Positions 47,551 through 58,292 of a stretch of DNA of 64,000 bases are shown here, in pieces. Position 1 is the first letter of the stretch, and each line of letters starts with the position of its first letter. The notes below the pieces were generated by a model. The model was given only the letters and a program-made list of their open reading frames with translations. It was not told where the DNA came from and did not search any database. This DNA is from Dehalococcoidia bacterium (GTDB lineage Bacteria > Chloroflexota > Dehalococcoidia > Bin125). Both the position numbers and the translations under genes were made by a program. The stretch is taken from positions 416,001-480,000 of the forward strand of contig OY820591.1 in NCBI GenBank assembly GCA_963555985.3, in the 5' to 3' direction.

Positions 47551-47658
47551 GTAGATGCGGCGTGACGGGTCTCCCGTTCGGGAATCAGACACGCCGCGAT
47601 CTCCCCGCTGCTTGAACGGGAGACATCTTCCTGAGCGGGAAGCCCTGGAGTCCGGTCG

Positions 47659-48615
47659 ATGATCAGCTACATCGGGGCGCGCTTTCTCTCGTCGTTGTTG
47701 GTCCTCTTCATTGTCAGTGTCGTCGCGTTCGTCTTGATGAACGTGGTCGAGGGCGATCCGGCCCGGGCGATGCTGGAGCTCAACGCGACGGAGGAGAAGC
47801 TCGCGGCCGTGCGGGCCAGTCTCGGTCTCGACAAGCCGCTGCACGAGCGCTATGCCCACTGGATCTACAACGCCTTCCAGGGCGACCTCGGTTTGGCGCT
47901 GACGTCCAGAATTCCGATCACCGAACTATTTCGGGAAAAACTCGTGCCGACGATGCAGTTGGGCATTCTCGCCCTGATTGTCGTGCTCTGTCTCTCGATC
48001 CCGGTCGGCGTACTCGCCGCGCTGCGGCCCGGCTCCAAGACGGAGGTGGCGGCCAGCACATCGATGATCGTGGGCGCCTCGATCCCGGAATATCTCAGCG
48101 GCATTGCGCTCGTCTACATCGTCGGCTTCGAGCTCGAATGGTTGCCCCGCACCGGCTACGTGCCGTTAAGCGAGGACGTGATCGAGAGTCTGAAGCACAT
48201 GGTGTTGCCTGTGATCGCGCTGTCGCTGATCTCGACCACACTGGTCATGCGGCAGACACGCTCGGCGATGATCAACGTGCTCCAGGACGACTACATCCGT
48301 ACCGCGCGGGCCAAAGGTCTGCGCGACCGGGCCGTGATTGTTCGCCACGGACTTCGTAACGCCATGATCCCCGTGATCACGGTGCTCGGCTTCCAGGTCG
48401 GCGTGGTCTTCGGCGGCGCGGTGATCACCGAGCAGGTCTTTGCCATCCCCGGCATGGGCCGGCTGTTCGTGCAGTCGGTGGTGCAGGTCCAGGACTACTC
48501 CGTGGTCCAGAACCTGGTCATGTTCTTCGCGATTATCACGGTCGCCGTCAACCTGTTGGTCGATTTGACCTACCCGCTGATTGACCCGCGCATTCGGCAA
48601 GGGATCAGCGCATGA
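47659..48615 (+). CDS. DppB/OppB-type permease
   Basis: DYIRTARAKGL and TEQVFAIPGMG motifs. Confidence 0.93.
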   Translation: MISYIGARFLSSLLVLFIVSVVAFVLMNVVEGDPARAMLELNATEEKLAAVRASLGLDKPLHERYAHWIYNAFQGDLGLALTSRIPITELFREKLVPTMQLGILALIVVLCLSIPVGVLAALRPGSKTEVAASTSMIVGASIPEYLSGIALVYIVGFELEWLPRTGYVPLSEDVIESLKHMVLPVIALSLISTTLVMRQTRSAMINVLQDDYIRTARAKGLRDRAVIVRHGLRNAMIPVITVLGFQVGVVFGGAVITEQVFAIPGMGRLFVQSVVQVQDYSVVQNLVMFFAIITVAVNLLVDLTYPLIDPRIRQGISA

Positions 48616-49538
48616 GCCTTGCCGAGCCGGCCACGGATGCCGTTCAGATTGCCGCCCGGCAATCCTGGCGCGACAGCCCGCGGGTCGAGCTCGCGCTGCG
48701 CGTGCTGCGCATCTACGTGCGCAATCGGCCGGCGGTGTTTGGCGCCTTCATCCTCTTCGGCCTCGGCATCGTCGCAGCCTTCGCGCCGTTCGTGGCGCCC
48801 TACGATCCGCTCGGCGCCGACCTGTGCAGCGAGTGCGTCTTCCAGGCACCGACTCTGGACCATGTCGCCGGCACCGACCTGCTGGGACGCGACGTGCTCA
48901 GCCGCACGATCTTCGGCGCCAGGATCGCCTGGCAGGTCGTGGTCGTGGCGATCGGCGTGGCGATCTGCATCGGCGTGCCGACCGGCCTGGTCGCCGGCTA
49001 TGTCGGCGGCAAGCTGGACGAGCTGCTGATCATGCGGATCGTCGACGCGCTCATGGCGATGCCGGCGCTGATTCTGATCCTGGCAATGACGGCCGCGGTC
49101 GGTCCCAACATCATCAACACGATGCTGATCATCGGGATCGTCTGGTCGGCCGGTTACGCCCGGCTGACGCGCGGAGTGGTGTTGTCGATCATGCAGGAAC
49201 CGTACGTCGACGCGGCCAGATCAATGGGTGCCGGACCACAACGGATCATCCTGCGCCACCTGATGCCCAACGTAGTTGCTCCTGTTGTTGTGTTGGCCTC
49301 GCTCTCCGCAGCGGCAATCATTCTTGTTGAGGCGGGATTGAGCTTCATCGGCGCCGGCGTCCAGCAACCGACTCCGGCCTGGGGGGGCATGGTCTTCGAG
49401 GGCTACTCGAACCTCTTCCGCTCGGCCTGGCCAATCGCCGCGCCGGGCATCGCCGTCGTGCTGATGGTGGTCAGCTTCAACTTCGTCGGCGACGGCCTGC
49501 GCGACGCGATGGATCCACGCCTGCGCAACGTCCGCTGA
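48612..49538 (+). CDS. DppC/OppC-type permease
   Basis: GTDLLGRD, EAGLSFIG and GDGLRDAMDP motifs. Confidence 0.93.
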   Translation: MSLAEPATDAVQIAARQSWRDSPRVELALRVLRIYVRNRPAVFGAFILFGLGIVAAFAPFVAPYDPLGADLCSECVFQAPTLDHVAGTDLLGRDVLSRTIFGARIAWQVVVVAIGVAICIGVPTGLVAGYVGGKLDELLIMRIVDALMAMPALILILAMTAAVGPNIINTMLIIGIVWSAGYARLTRGVVLSIMQEPYVDAARSMGAGPQRIILRHLMPNVVAPVVVLASLSAAAIILVEAGLSFIGAGVQQPTPAWGGMVFEGYSNLFRSAWPIAAPGIAVVLMVVSFNFVGDGLRDAMDPRLRNVR

Positions 49539-49602
49539 CTTTCGCTCCGCGACCACCCGATAGCATCGAAGCGCTGCCTCGGCTCATTCAAGGAGCGCCT
49601 CG

Positions 49603-50721
49603 ATGACCACGATCACCGCCGTTCGCTCGCGCATGCTGCGGATTCCGCTCGATAATCCGACCTCGTTCTCCAACCGCACCGTCACTCACCGCGACCATCC
49701 CATAGTCGAGGTCGAGTGCGACGACGGACACACGGGGATTGGCTTTTGCTACGCCGGCAACTCGAACGGTCAGTTGGTCACGTCGGCGATTGATGGTCTG
49801 TTCGCGCCGTTGCTCCTTGGCCAGGACCCGTTCCGGGTCGAAGGTCTCTGGGCCGAGATGTACCAGGAAGCGTTGCTGCACGGCCGCGCCGGCTCGACGA
49901 TTCGCGCTCTGTCGATGCTCGACATCGCGCTCTGGGATCACAACGCGAAGGCGGCGGGGCTGCCGCTCTACAAGCTGCTGGGCGGCTACTACGAGGAGAC
50001 CGTGCCGGCGTATGCGTCGGGCGGGTACTACCTCGAGGGCAAGGGTCACGAGGGGTTGCAGCAGGAGCTGCTGGGCTACGTGGAGCTGGGTTTTGATGCG
50101 GTCAAGATCAAGGTTGGGCGGCTGTCGGTGCGGGAGGAGGCGTCGCGGATGCAGGCGGCGCGGGAGGCCGTCGGACCCGATGTCCACGTCATGCTCGACG
50201 CCAACAACGCCTGGTCGAACCTCGAAGACGCGCTGCGCTACATGGCAGCCTATGAACCATCGAATCCGTACTGGATTGAGGAACCGTTCAGCCCCGACGC
50301 GATCAATCTGCACGCGAAGCTGGCGCAGCGGACGAGCATACCGGTGGCGACCGGTGAGATCGAGGTCGGGCGCTGGCGCTTCAAGGACTTGATGGACCAG
50401 GACGCGGCGATGATCCTGCAACCGGATGCGGCTGTGCTGGGCGGCGTGACTGAGTTTCGGCGGATTGCGAATACGGCGGCGTCGTACGGGGTCTCGATCT
50501 GTCCGCACTGGTTCCATGATCTGCATCGGCACCTGGTGGCGGCGTCGCCGAATGCGACGTATGTGGAGTTCTTCCCGGACGATCAGGTGCACAACTTCCG
50601 CAATGTGATCGACCGTCAGACGGAGGTACGTGACGGCCGGCTGGTGTTGCCGGATACGCCGGGCCTGGGGTTTGAGTTCTTGCCGGAAGCGTTGGCGCGC
50701 TATGCGGTCGGCGGCGAATGA
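49603..50721 (+). CDS. Mandelate racemase/muconate lactonizing enzyme family protein
   Basis: DIALWD, KIK, LDAN, WIEEP, TGE and PGLG motifs. Confidence 0.93.
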   Translation: MTTITAVRSRMLRIPLDNPTSFSNRTVTHRDHPIVEVECDDGHTGIGFCYAGNSNGQLVTSAIDGLFAPLLLGQDPFRVEGLWAEMYQEALLHGRAGSTIRALSMLDIALWDHNAKAAGLPLYKLLGGYYEETVPAYASGGYYLEGKGHEGLQQELLGYVELGFDAVKIKVGRLSVREEASRMQAAREAVGPDVHVMLDANNAWSNLEDALRYMAAYEPSNPYWIEEPFSPDAINLHAKLAQRTSIPVATGEIEVGRWRFKDLMDQDAAMILQPDAAVLGGVTEFRRIANTAASYGVSICPHWFHDLHRHLVAASPNATYVEFFPDDQVHNFRNVIDRQTEVRDGRLVLPDTPGLGFEFLPEALARYAVGGE

Positions 50722-50745
50722 ACGGCGCCGACCGCCAGGCGTTCG

Positions 50746-53700
50746 CTATCCACCCGGCATGGGTGGTGTCTCCGGGGATGAGTCAGCGTCGGCGATCGTG
50801 AAGTCGGTAGCGGCTGGCACCAGGTTGATTGCCGCCCCGGGTGGGATCTCGAAATCCCCCACCGCTGAGATCAGAACGCCGTCATCTAGACCAATGGTGC
50901 TCGCCGAGACGCCGTAGCTCTGCGCCACGCCTTGGTCGTAGTAGATGACGCCGCTGTAGTTCGGCAGCGCGGCCAGAAACTCGGACGCCTTGATCGGCAC
51001 GGAGGCCATCCAGGTGGCGTTACCCTGCTCGTCCACAGGCGAGATCGCCGCCGCCACTTCGCCGGCCAGCGAGGTGGTGTAGAGCGAGCCGGGGCCGTAG
51101 TCGAGATCGGAGATCTGGGCGCAGATCAACTGCGGGCTGGCCGTCGGCTGGCCGCGCATCAGCTCCCAGTAGGGCAGGTAGAGCGAGGAATCGCCGTAGA
51201 TGTCGCTGTCCGCATCGAAGGGCGACATCAGGTCGGCGTCGGCCGCGTAGTTGCCGTCGTCGTCCGGGTTGTACTTACCGTTGTAACGCGCGATCAGGGG
51301 AATGCCCTCGCCCTGGGGAGCGGGCAAGCAGACATTGATCGGCTCGCTCAGGGCGCCCGCGATGCGCCGGCTGCGGTTCGGCGCGTCCGTCCATTCCTCC
51401 AAGTCTTTGCGCTCGTAGATGGCGTAGAGCTGGAAATCGTAGACCGGGCTGAGCCAGGGCGTGATGTAGCGGTGATTGCTGATCGTGAAGGCGGTGCGGC
51501 CGTTGTACCAGGGCTGGTAGGAAGTCTCGCGGTGCGCGTAGCCCCAGGTCTGGCTGGGCACCGCGTAGACACCCACCATGCGATCCTTGATCGTCGAATC
51601 GAGGTGGTTGAAGACGTTGAAGATATTGGCGTTGAAGGTGACGCTGCCGCAGGGCAGATGGCCTTCGCCCGGGTCGCGTTCGCAGCGGATCACGCAGGTG
51701 CGCTCGGTGGTGGGAATCTTCAGCGTGATCGGGCCGGGCGAATCGGGGCTCACCGGCGCCACGTCGCTGCGGCAGACCGACGCCTCCAGCTCGGCCCGGT
51801 CCTGGGCCAAGAGCCTGGCCGACCGCAGGAATGAGTAGGTCACTTTCACAAAGGACACAGGGGCGGTCCAGCGCGTGACGGTCTTGGTGCCCTGGTTCCT
51901 CTGCCAGGCGAACTCGACCCAGCGCTTGTCGCCTCCGGACTCCGGCGGGTTCGTCCAGTAAATCGGGAAGGTTCGAGGCGTGTTGTAGGCGGTGTTCACG
52001 GAACAGGCAGTGTCCGTGGCCGCTTCCCATGAGTCTCCGTCCCAGCGTTTCGCCGTGTCGTTCTCGTACTTGCAACTCCAGTCGATGGTGAACTTGAACT
52101 GCTTCTCGCCGTCCTTCGTGACGGCGACGCTTTCGTTCTCGGCGAAGTCGTCCGAGTAGTCGTACACGACGATCGCCCATTCTTCCGCGTGGGCATCCGG
52201 GTCATTGGAGTCGAACGTGGGAGTCGGCTGCTGAGCCGGGAATCCGCCTGGGTACGTGTAGCGATAGGTTTCGACGAACGTGTGGGTTTTGCTGTCGATC
52301 TTCGGAGTTAAGCGAAGCGCACGATCGAACGGTAGATTCGGAAGATTTGGAGTACCACCAACCGGGTCCTCGGCGATGGCGGTCTGCCCGCTGGCGTTCT
52401 GGATGGTCGGGTGGCTGTTGTTTCCCGTCTTGAGGTGAATGCAGTTTCCGTGACCGAGGGCGTTGCCGCCGGTGGTTTGCAGGGGCCCGCGGAAGGTGAG
52501 CGTGCTGGTGTCTGAGTCGGAGTCGTAGGTCGTGGATACGTAGTCGGCCTTGTAGCCGTCGTGCGCCGCGCTTCTCGGGTCCGGGCAGTTCACGCCCATG
52601 GGGATATAGGGCTTGTTGGCGCCTGAGTTGTCGTCGACCGTGACCTCCTGGGTGAAGGTGACCTCGTAGACGCGCTTCTGACCGTCGGCGGCGGCGTTGT
52701 CGACCCGGGAGACGAATCTGGTCAGCACGGGAACGAGGGTCTGCGAATGTACGGCCGACCAGCCGCCCCAGTCGTCGTTTCCGTCGCTGTCGTGGTCGTT
52801 CGCGCTCCTGACCGCGACAGCGTAGGTGCTGCCGGCGGTCAAGCCGGGGATTGTGTGGCGCCTCTGCTCGCCGCCTTCGATGAGCGGATCGGGAACCTGG
52901 GCGTCTGTCAGCTCGGTGATCGTCCAACTGCTATCCGGCGCCGTTGTGGGACAGGCGCCGCTGCAGAGCTTGTAGGCGACTTGGTGCTTGGTCGGTGCGT
53001 CGGCGTCGTTTTGCCATTTGACAAGCGCCCACGTGACGCGAAGCTGATCGGACTCGGGGCCGGGCAGCAGGAGTAATGTGGACGGTGCGCCGGGTACCGG
53101 GGCTTTCGGCGCGGCGCCGGAGCTGGAGATCTTCCAGGGGCCGTACTTGCTGCTCTTGCCGGCTCGGACCCGGAACCAGTAGGTCTTGTCGTTGGTCAGG
53201 CCGGTGACTCGCTCCTCGCACTTCAGACGCGGGTTCCCGGTGCAGCTGCTGGTGAAGGTGTCGGTTGAGGTCCCCCAATCCATCCAGCTTTGGGAGTTGC
53301 CGTCCGGGTTGGTGAAGGTGTTCGTGTTGGGCGGGTTGTTGTAGCACGGCTCGCTGGTGTCTGGGTCTGTGCCGAAGCAGTAGTCCACGTACTGGATGTC
53401 GTAGTCGTCCCACTTGTCGTCGGGATCGGCGTCGACCTCCCATTCCACATCGATCTTGCCCGAGCCGGCGTTGAATACGTGGACGGTGGGCACGGGCTCA
53501 AGCGTTGCAGTCTGCGTGGCCGAAAACGCGCTCCACTCCGTGTTGACGGCGGTCTTGACGGCGACCGAATAGGTGGCGAAATCATCAAGGCCGGTCAGCG
53601 TGTATTCCCTGACCAAGGGATTCGTCGGCGTCAAGTCGCTGCTCTCGTTGACATTTGTGGACTGCCAGCCATTCGCGGGGCAGGCGCCGCTCGCCAACTT

Positions 53701-54651
53701 GCAGTAGGCGATCTGGTATTTGGTCGGCGACGAACCGCCGGGTACCCATTCCACCTTGAGCTCGCCAGACTTACCGGAGTATGTCAACCAGAGCTGGGAC
53801 GGCGCGGGCACGAGGAGCTTACTGGAAGCACCGGACCACACTCCCCAGTCGTTGGCAGTGCCATAGTTGGGTCTGACGCGGATCTGATAGTAGGAGAAGT
53901 CGACCAGGCCGGTCAGCGTGTGCTGCGTGGTTGTGGAAGTTGCATATTGCGGATTCTTGTAGCCGCAGTTCCCCGTACAGTCCCATTTTGCGTATTCGAC
54001 CTGGTAGGAAGCCACCGTTTTTCCGGTCGGCGTTGAGGTGGGAGCCGTCCATGAGACCTGAAGCGAGCCGGATGCGCCGGGCGCGGCCAGGGTCACGCCG
54101 GTCGGGGCGTAGGTAGGAGCGAGCGATATGTATTTGAAATCCGACGAGTCGCCATAGCCGGACGAGTTCTTGGTTTTGACGCGGATCCCGTACCAGTTGT
54201 AGTCGGTCAGGCCGGTCAGAGTGTATGACCTGTTGTCACCGTTCGACGAAGTGTCCGCTTCCGTGATCTCTACGTCTGGCATCGAGGCCCACGAGCCATT
54301 GCTCCAGTGCCAACGCCGAATTGTGTAATGGGTCGGGTTGTCGGTCGCTGCGATTGTCCAGGTCACCTTCAACTGACCGGAGGGTCCCGGCGAGGCCAGG
54401 GTCAGCCCGGTCGGCTTGCCCGGTACTGCTTGAGTCTGGGCGTTCTGGAGAAACGCGAACCCTCCGACCGATTCGCCGGGCCCTTGCTCGGGCAGACCGG
54501 AGGGGGCAGATATCTGCTGCGGTGGAGGACTCTGCGCCGACGCCAACGCCGTAGCCAACGCGAAGAGCGCGCCCACCAGCACCGCGAGGGCCGCCGCGCG
54601 GGCGGCCCTGCGAGATATCGGATCGTCGTCCAATCTTGCCGCAGCGTTCAT
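50746..54651 (-). CDS. Large secreted fibronectin type III repeat protein
   Basis: Signal peptide ..ALASA; about 5 Fn3 modules (L.V.W..Y....LTGL..Y.V.V); conserved C-terminal region shared with the neighbour. Confidence 0.85.
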   Translation of the reverse strand: MNAAARLDDDPISRRAARAAALAVLVGALFALATALASAQSPPPQQISAPSGLPEQGPGESVGGFAFLQNAQTQAVPGKPTGLTLASPGPSGQLKVTWTIAATDNPTHYTIRRWHWSNGSWASMPDVEITEADTSSNGDNRSYTLTGLTDYNWYGIRVKTKNSSGYGDSSDFKYISLAPTYAPTGVTLAAPGASGSLQVSWTAPTSTPTGKTVASYQVEYAKWDCTGNCGYKNPQYATSTTTQHTLTGLVDFSYYQIRVRPNYGTANDWGVWSGASSKLLVPAPSQLWLTYSGKSGELKVEWVPGGSSPTKYQIAYCKLASGACPANGWQSTNVNESSDLTPTNPLVREYTLTGLDDFATYSVAVKTAVNTEWSAFSATQTATLEPVPTVHVFNAGSGKIDVEWEVDADPDDKWDDYDIQYVDYCFGTDPDTSEPCYNNPPNTNTFTNPDGNSQSWMDWGTSTDTFTSSCTGNPRLKCEERVTGLTNDKTYWFRVRAGKSSKYGPWKISSSGAAPKAPVPGAPSTLLLLPGPESDQLRVTWALVKWQNDADAPTKHQVAYKLCSGACPTTAPDSSWTITELTDAQVPDPLIEGGEQRRHTIPGLTAGSTYAVAVRSANDHDSDGNDDWGGWSAVHSQTLVPVLTRFVSRVDNAAADGQKRVYEVTFTQEVTVDDNSGANKPYIPMGVNCPDPRSAAHDGYKADYVSTTYDSDSDTSTLTFRGPLQTTGGNALGHGNCIHLKTGNNSHPTIQNASGQTAIAEDPVGGTPNLPNLPFDRALRLTPKIDSKTHTFVETYRYTYPGGFPAQQPTPTFDSNDPDAHAEEWAIVVYDYSDDFAENESVAVTKDGEKQFKFTIDWSCKYENDTAKRWDGDSWEAATDTACSVNTAYNTPRTFPIYWTNPPESGGDKRWVEFAWQRNQGTKTVTRWTAPVSFVKVTYSFLRSARLLAQDRAELEASVCRSDVAPVSPDSPGPITLKIPTTERTCVIRCERDPGEGHLPCGSVTFNANIFNVFNHLDSTIKDRMVGVYAVPSQTWGYAHRETSYQPWYNGRTAFTISNHRYITPWLSPVYDFQLYAIYERKDLEEWTDAPNRSRRIAGALSEPINVCLPAPQGEGIPLIARYNGKYNPDDDGNYAADADLMSPFDADSDIYGDSSLYLPYWELMRGQPTASPQLICAQISDLDYGPGSLYTTSLAGEVAAAISPVDEQGNATWMASVPIKASEFLAALPNYSGVIYYDQGVAQSYGVSASTIGLDDGVLISAVGDFEIPPGAAINLVPAATDFTIADADSSPETPPMPGG

Positions 54652-54720
54652 GTCTCAGGCCTCTCTAGCCAGCCGGTGTTGCCGGACACGCCGTTGAATT
54701 CAGGCTGGAAGCTTGAGACG

Positions 54721-57700
54721 CTATCCACCCGGCATGGGTGGTGTCTCCGGGGATGAGTCAGTGCCGGCGATCGTGAAGTCGGGAGGCGTGGAGATCAGGT
54801 TGAGTGTCGCCCCGGGCGGGATCTCGAAGTCGCCGACCTCTGAGATCAGGATGCTGTCACCAATGGTGCTCGACAAGACGCCGTAGCTCTGCGCCGCGCC
54901 CGCGTTGTAGTAGATGACGCCGCCGTAGTTCGGCAGCGCCGCGAGGAACTCGGAGGCCTTGATCGGCACGGAGCCCATCCAGGTGGCGTCGCCCTGCTCG
55001 TCCACGGGCGAGATCGCCGCCGCCACTTCGCCGGCCAGCGAGGTGGTGTAGAGCGAGCCGGGGCCGAAGTCGAAATCGGAGACCTGGGCGCAGATCAACT
55101 GCGAACTGGCGGTTGGCTGACCGCGCATCAGCTCCCAGTAGGGCACGTAGAGCGAGGAATCGCCGTAGATGTCGCTGTCCGCATCGAAGGGCGACATCAG
55201 GTCGGCGTCGGCCGCGTAGTTGCCGTCGTCGTCGGGGTTGTACTTGCCGTTGTAGCGCGCGATCAAGGGGATGCCTTCGCCCTGGGGAGAGGGCAAACAG
55301 ACATTGACCGCCTGGCTCAACTGGCCGCTGATCCGGCGGCTGCGGTTAGGAGCGTCCGGCCACTCCTCGGCGTCTTTGCGCTCGTAGACGGCGTAGAGCG
55401 AGAGGCCGTAGACGGGGCTGAGCCAGGGCGTGGTGTAGCGGTGGTTGCCAATCGTGAAGGCGGTGCGGCCGTTGTACCAAGGCTGGTAGGAAGTCTCGCG
55501 GTGTGCGTAGCCCCAGGTCTGATTCGGCACTGCGTAGACGCCGACTGCTCGATCCTTGATCGTCGAATCGAGGTGATTGAAGACGTTGAAGATGTTGGCG
55601 TTGAAGGTGATGTTGCCGCAGGGCAGATGGCCTTCGCCCGCGTCGCGTTCGCAGCGGATCACGCAGGTGCGTTCGGTGGTGGGAATCTTCAGCGTGACCG
55701 GGCCGGGCGAATCGGGGTCGACCGGCGCCACGTCGCTGCGGCAGACCGACGCCTCCAGCTCGGCCCGGTCCTGGGCCAGCAGCCGGGCCGACCTGAGGAA
55801 TGAGTAGGTCACCCTCAGATCGTGGTGCGGCGGGACCGCGCTCTCGGCGGTGCCGCCGATGTAGAAATCGACCCAGCGCGTATCGCCTCCGGACTCGGGC
55901 GGGTTCGTCCACTTGATCGTGAAGCTTTTGCCGGTGTTGAAGGCGGTGGCGGCGGAACAGGTGTCGCTCGAATCGGTGACCGCGACCCAGGACGTTCCGT
56001 TCCAGCGTTTCGCCGTATCGTTCTCGTACTTGCAGTTCCAGTCGACCGTGAACGTGTTGTTGCTCACCGAGACGCTTTCGTTGGCTGCGAAGTCGTCCGA
56101 CCAGTCGTGTACGGTGATCTCGAACTCCTGCTCCATCTTGCTCGTGGGAATGTTGTCCAGTTGGGCGAAGCCGGGGGTCGAGTGCTGATAGGTCTCGACG
56201 TAGGTGCGGCGTTCGTGCCTAGCCACCGTCGAGAGTTCGAGCGCGCGGTCGGAGGCGACGTATTTCGGAGTCCCCGAGGCGACGCTGGTCATTAGACCCC
56301 TGTGGCTGAGAGCGGTCTGCCCGAAGCTGTTCTGGATGGTCGGGAGCGTGTTCGTGCCCGTCTTGAGGTGGATGCAGCCCATGTCACCGAGGGCCTTGTC
56401 GCCGTTCATCGAAGGCCCCTTGAAGGTGAGCGTGCGCGTGTTCGAGCCGGAGACGTAGGTCGCCTTGAAGCCGCTGTACACGTCGGTTCTCGGGTCCGGG
56501 CAGAGCACGCCGTCGCCCGCTTCGCGCAAGGGGATGTAGGGCTTCTTGGTGTCGTCCGAGCCGTAGTCGACCGTCACCGCCTGACTGAACGTGACCTTGT
56601 AGACGAGCTTCTGGTTCGCGGCAGCTCCGCTGTCGATCTCGGTCGTGACCGATTCGAGCACGGGAACGAGGGTCTGCGAGGCTATCGGCGACCATGTGGC
56701 GCCCCAGCCGTTTGCATTCTTGGCCAAGACCGCGACCGCATAGGTACTGCCGTCGGTCAGGGCGGTCAGCGTGTATCCCATGTTTGTGTTCGAGCCATCG
56801 ATCGAGACCAGCGTTTTTGTGAGCTCATTGGTGACCACCCAATCGAGCCCGACAAGCTTGGTATCGTTGCCGTCAGGCACCGCCGCCGGACAACTGCCGC
56901 TGCAGGTCTTGTAGACGATTTTGTAGTTGGTCAGACTCTGGTTCTCCGACACGGACCATGAGACTCGAAGCTCGCCGGGCTCGGGACCGGGCAGCAATTC
57001 AGGCTTGGACAGCTGGTCTGGCAGTCGCTGCGGCTTCGCCCCGCTGCCGGAGACTTGCCAGTTGCTGTAGTAGCTGCCCCATTTCGCTCTGACCCGCACC
57101 CAGTAGTTGGTGTCATTGGTGAGGCCGGTGATCGTCGCCTCGCCACTCGCCTTCCCGGCGATGGTCTTCCGGTTGCCCCAACTGGCGTTGCTTGGCGGGG
57201 GATTCACGCATGTCTCGCCGTTGCGTTCGCCATTGCAATAGGCCACGCGCTCAATTTCCAATTTTTCCGGTGCAGGATCGGCGTTGGGATAGGGCGGGAG
57301 GTAGCTCCAGCTCACCTCGAGCGTGCCGGAGCCGGCGTTTCCCACACCCACTGAGTTGGGCTTAGGCGTGACGGCCCGCGATTGCTCACTCGACCAACTG
57401 CCCCAGCCGGTTGAGTTCTTGGCCCGGACTTTGATCTTGTAGGTGACGCCGTTGCTCAGCTTGCTTAGTGTGGTGTTCGTGGCCGAGATGTTCTGCACAC
57501 GTGTCTCGCCCTTGTCGCCGCAGTCCCAGCCGTTATTCACGTACTCACAGCCGTAGTACACGTGCCTGATTTCGTACCCCGTGATCGTACCGCTGGGCGC
57601 CGTCCACTTGACCTGAAGCTTGCCGAGCTCGTCGTGGGCTTCGAGCGTCACGCCGGTCGGCGCACCTGGGCACGCTGCCGTGGGCTGGAGCAACGCCCCT

Positions 57701-58230
57701 GCGAAGTCCGACCAGGGGCCGTCGCCGGTTGTGTTCGTGGTCTTGACGAAGATCCCGTAGCTGGCGCAGTCAGTCAGGTCGCTCAGGGTGACCGACCTCT
57801 TTCGACCGTCCTTCGTCGTATCACTTTCCGCGATCACTCTGCCGTAGTCCTCGACGCCCCACTTCCACTCCCATTGCTTGGTGGTCGCATCCTGGAACCA
57901 GCCGTTGCGCTGGATCTGGATTGTGTATTGGGTCGGGTTGTCGCTTGCGCCGATCGTCCAGGTCGCCTTGAGCTTGCCGGAGGCTCCGGGCGAGGTCAGG
58001 GTCACGCTGGTCGGCTTGGCCGGTACCGCCTGGGCTTGGCCGTTCTGGGCAGATGCAAATCCTCCAACCGATTCGCCGGGCGCTTGCGCCGGCTGAGGCG
58101 GCGGCCCGGGGTCAGCGGACGAGAAGGCCGTGGACAATGCGAAGAGCACGCCTGCTAGCACGAGCAGGGCGGTTGCGCGGGCAGCCCAGCGAATGATTGT
58201 GCGGCCGGCCAAACCTGTGGTTGCGTTCAT
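54721..58230 (-). CDS. Large secreted fibronectin type III repeat protein, tandem paralogue
   Basis: Signal peptide, about 4 Fn3 modules, last ~360 aa nearly identical to the previous gene. Confidence 0.85.
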   Translation of the reverse strand: MNATTGLAGRTIIRWAARATALLVLAGVLFALSTAFSSADPGPPPQPAQAPGESVGGFASAQNGQAQAVPAKPTSVTLTSPGASGKLKATWTIGASDNPTQYTIQIQRNGWFQDATTKQWEWKWGVEDYGRVIAESDTTKDGRKRSVTLSDLTDCASYGIFVKTTNTTGDGPWSDFAGALLQPTAACPGAPTGVTLEAHDELGKLQVKWTAPSGTITGYEIRHVYYGCEYVNNGWDCGDKGETRVQNISATNTTLSKLSNGVTYKIKVRAKNSTGWGSWSSEQSRAVTPKPNSVGVGNAGSGTLEVSWSYLPPYPNADPAPEKLEIERVAYCNGERNGETCVNPPPSNASWGNRKTIAGKASGEATITGLTNDTNYWVRVRAKWGSYYSNWQVSGSGAKPQRLPDQLSKPELLPGPEPGELRVSWSVSENQSLTNYKIVYKTCSGSCPAAVPDGNDTKLVGLDWVVTNELTKTLVSIDGSNTNMGYTLTALTDGSTYAVAVLAKNANGWGATWSPIASQTLVPVLESVTTEIDSGAAANQKLVYKVTFSQAVTVDYGSDDTKKPYIPLREAGDGVLCPDPRTDVYSGFKATYVSGSNTRTLTFKGPSMNGDKALGDMGCIHLKTGTNTLPTIQNSFGQTALSHRGLMTSVASGTPKYVASDRALELSTVARHERRTYVETYQHSTPGFAQLDNIPTSKMEQEFEITVHDWSDDFAANESVSVSNNTFTVDWNCKYENDTAKRWNGTSWVAVTDSSDTCSAATAFNTGKSFTIKWTNPPESGGDTRWVDFYIGGTAESAVPPHHDLRVTYSFLRSARLLAQDRAELEASVCRSDVAPVDPDSPGPVTLKIPTTERTCVIRCERDAGEGHLPCGNITFNANIFNVFNHLDSTIKDRAVGVYAVPNQTWGYAHRETSYQPWYNGRTAFTIGNHRYTTPWLSPVYGLSLYAVYERKDAEEWPDAPNRSRRISGQLSQAVNVCLPSPQGEGIPLIARYNGKYNPDDDGNYAADADLMSPFDADSDIYGDSSLYVPYWELMRGQPTASSQLICAQVSDFDFGPGSLYTTSLAGEVAAAISPVDEQGDATWMGSVPIKASEFLAALPNYGGVIYYNAGAAQSYGVLSSTIGDSILISEVGDFEIPPGATLNLISTPPDFTIAGTDSSPETPPMPGG

Positions 58231-58292
58231 TGGTTTGGCCTTCTCTCGTTCTCTAGCTCTGCTCCGGTTCGCGCGGTTGGGACCTCTGGGCG

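Noticed and set aside
50746-55810. Diversity-generating retroelement TR/VR pair in the near-identical Fn3 C-termini
   Set aside because: No reverse transcriptase in the window, both copies are coding, and the differences look mostly synonymous rather than adenine-specific.
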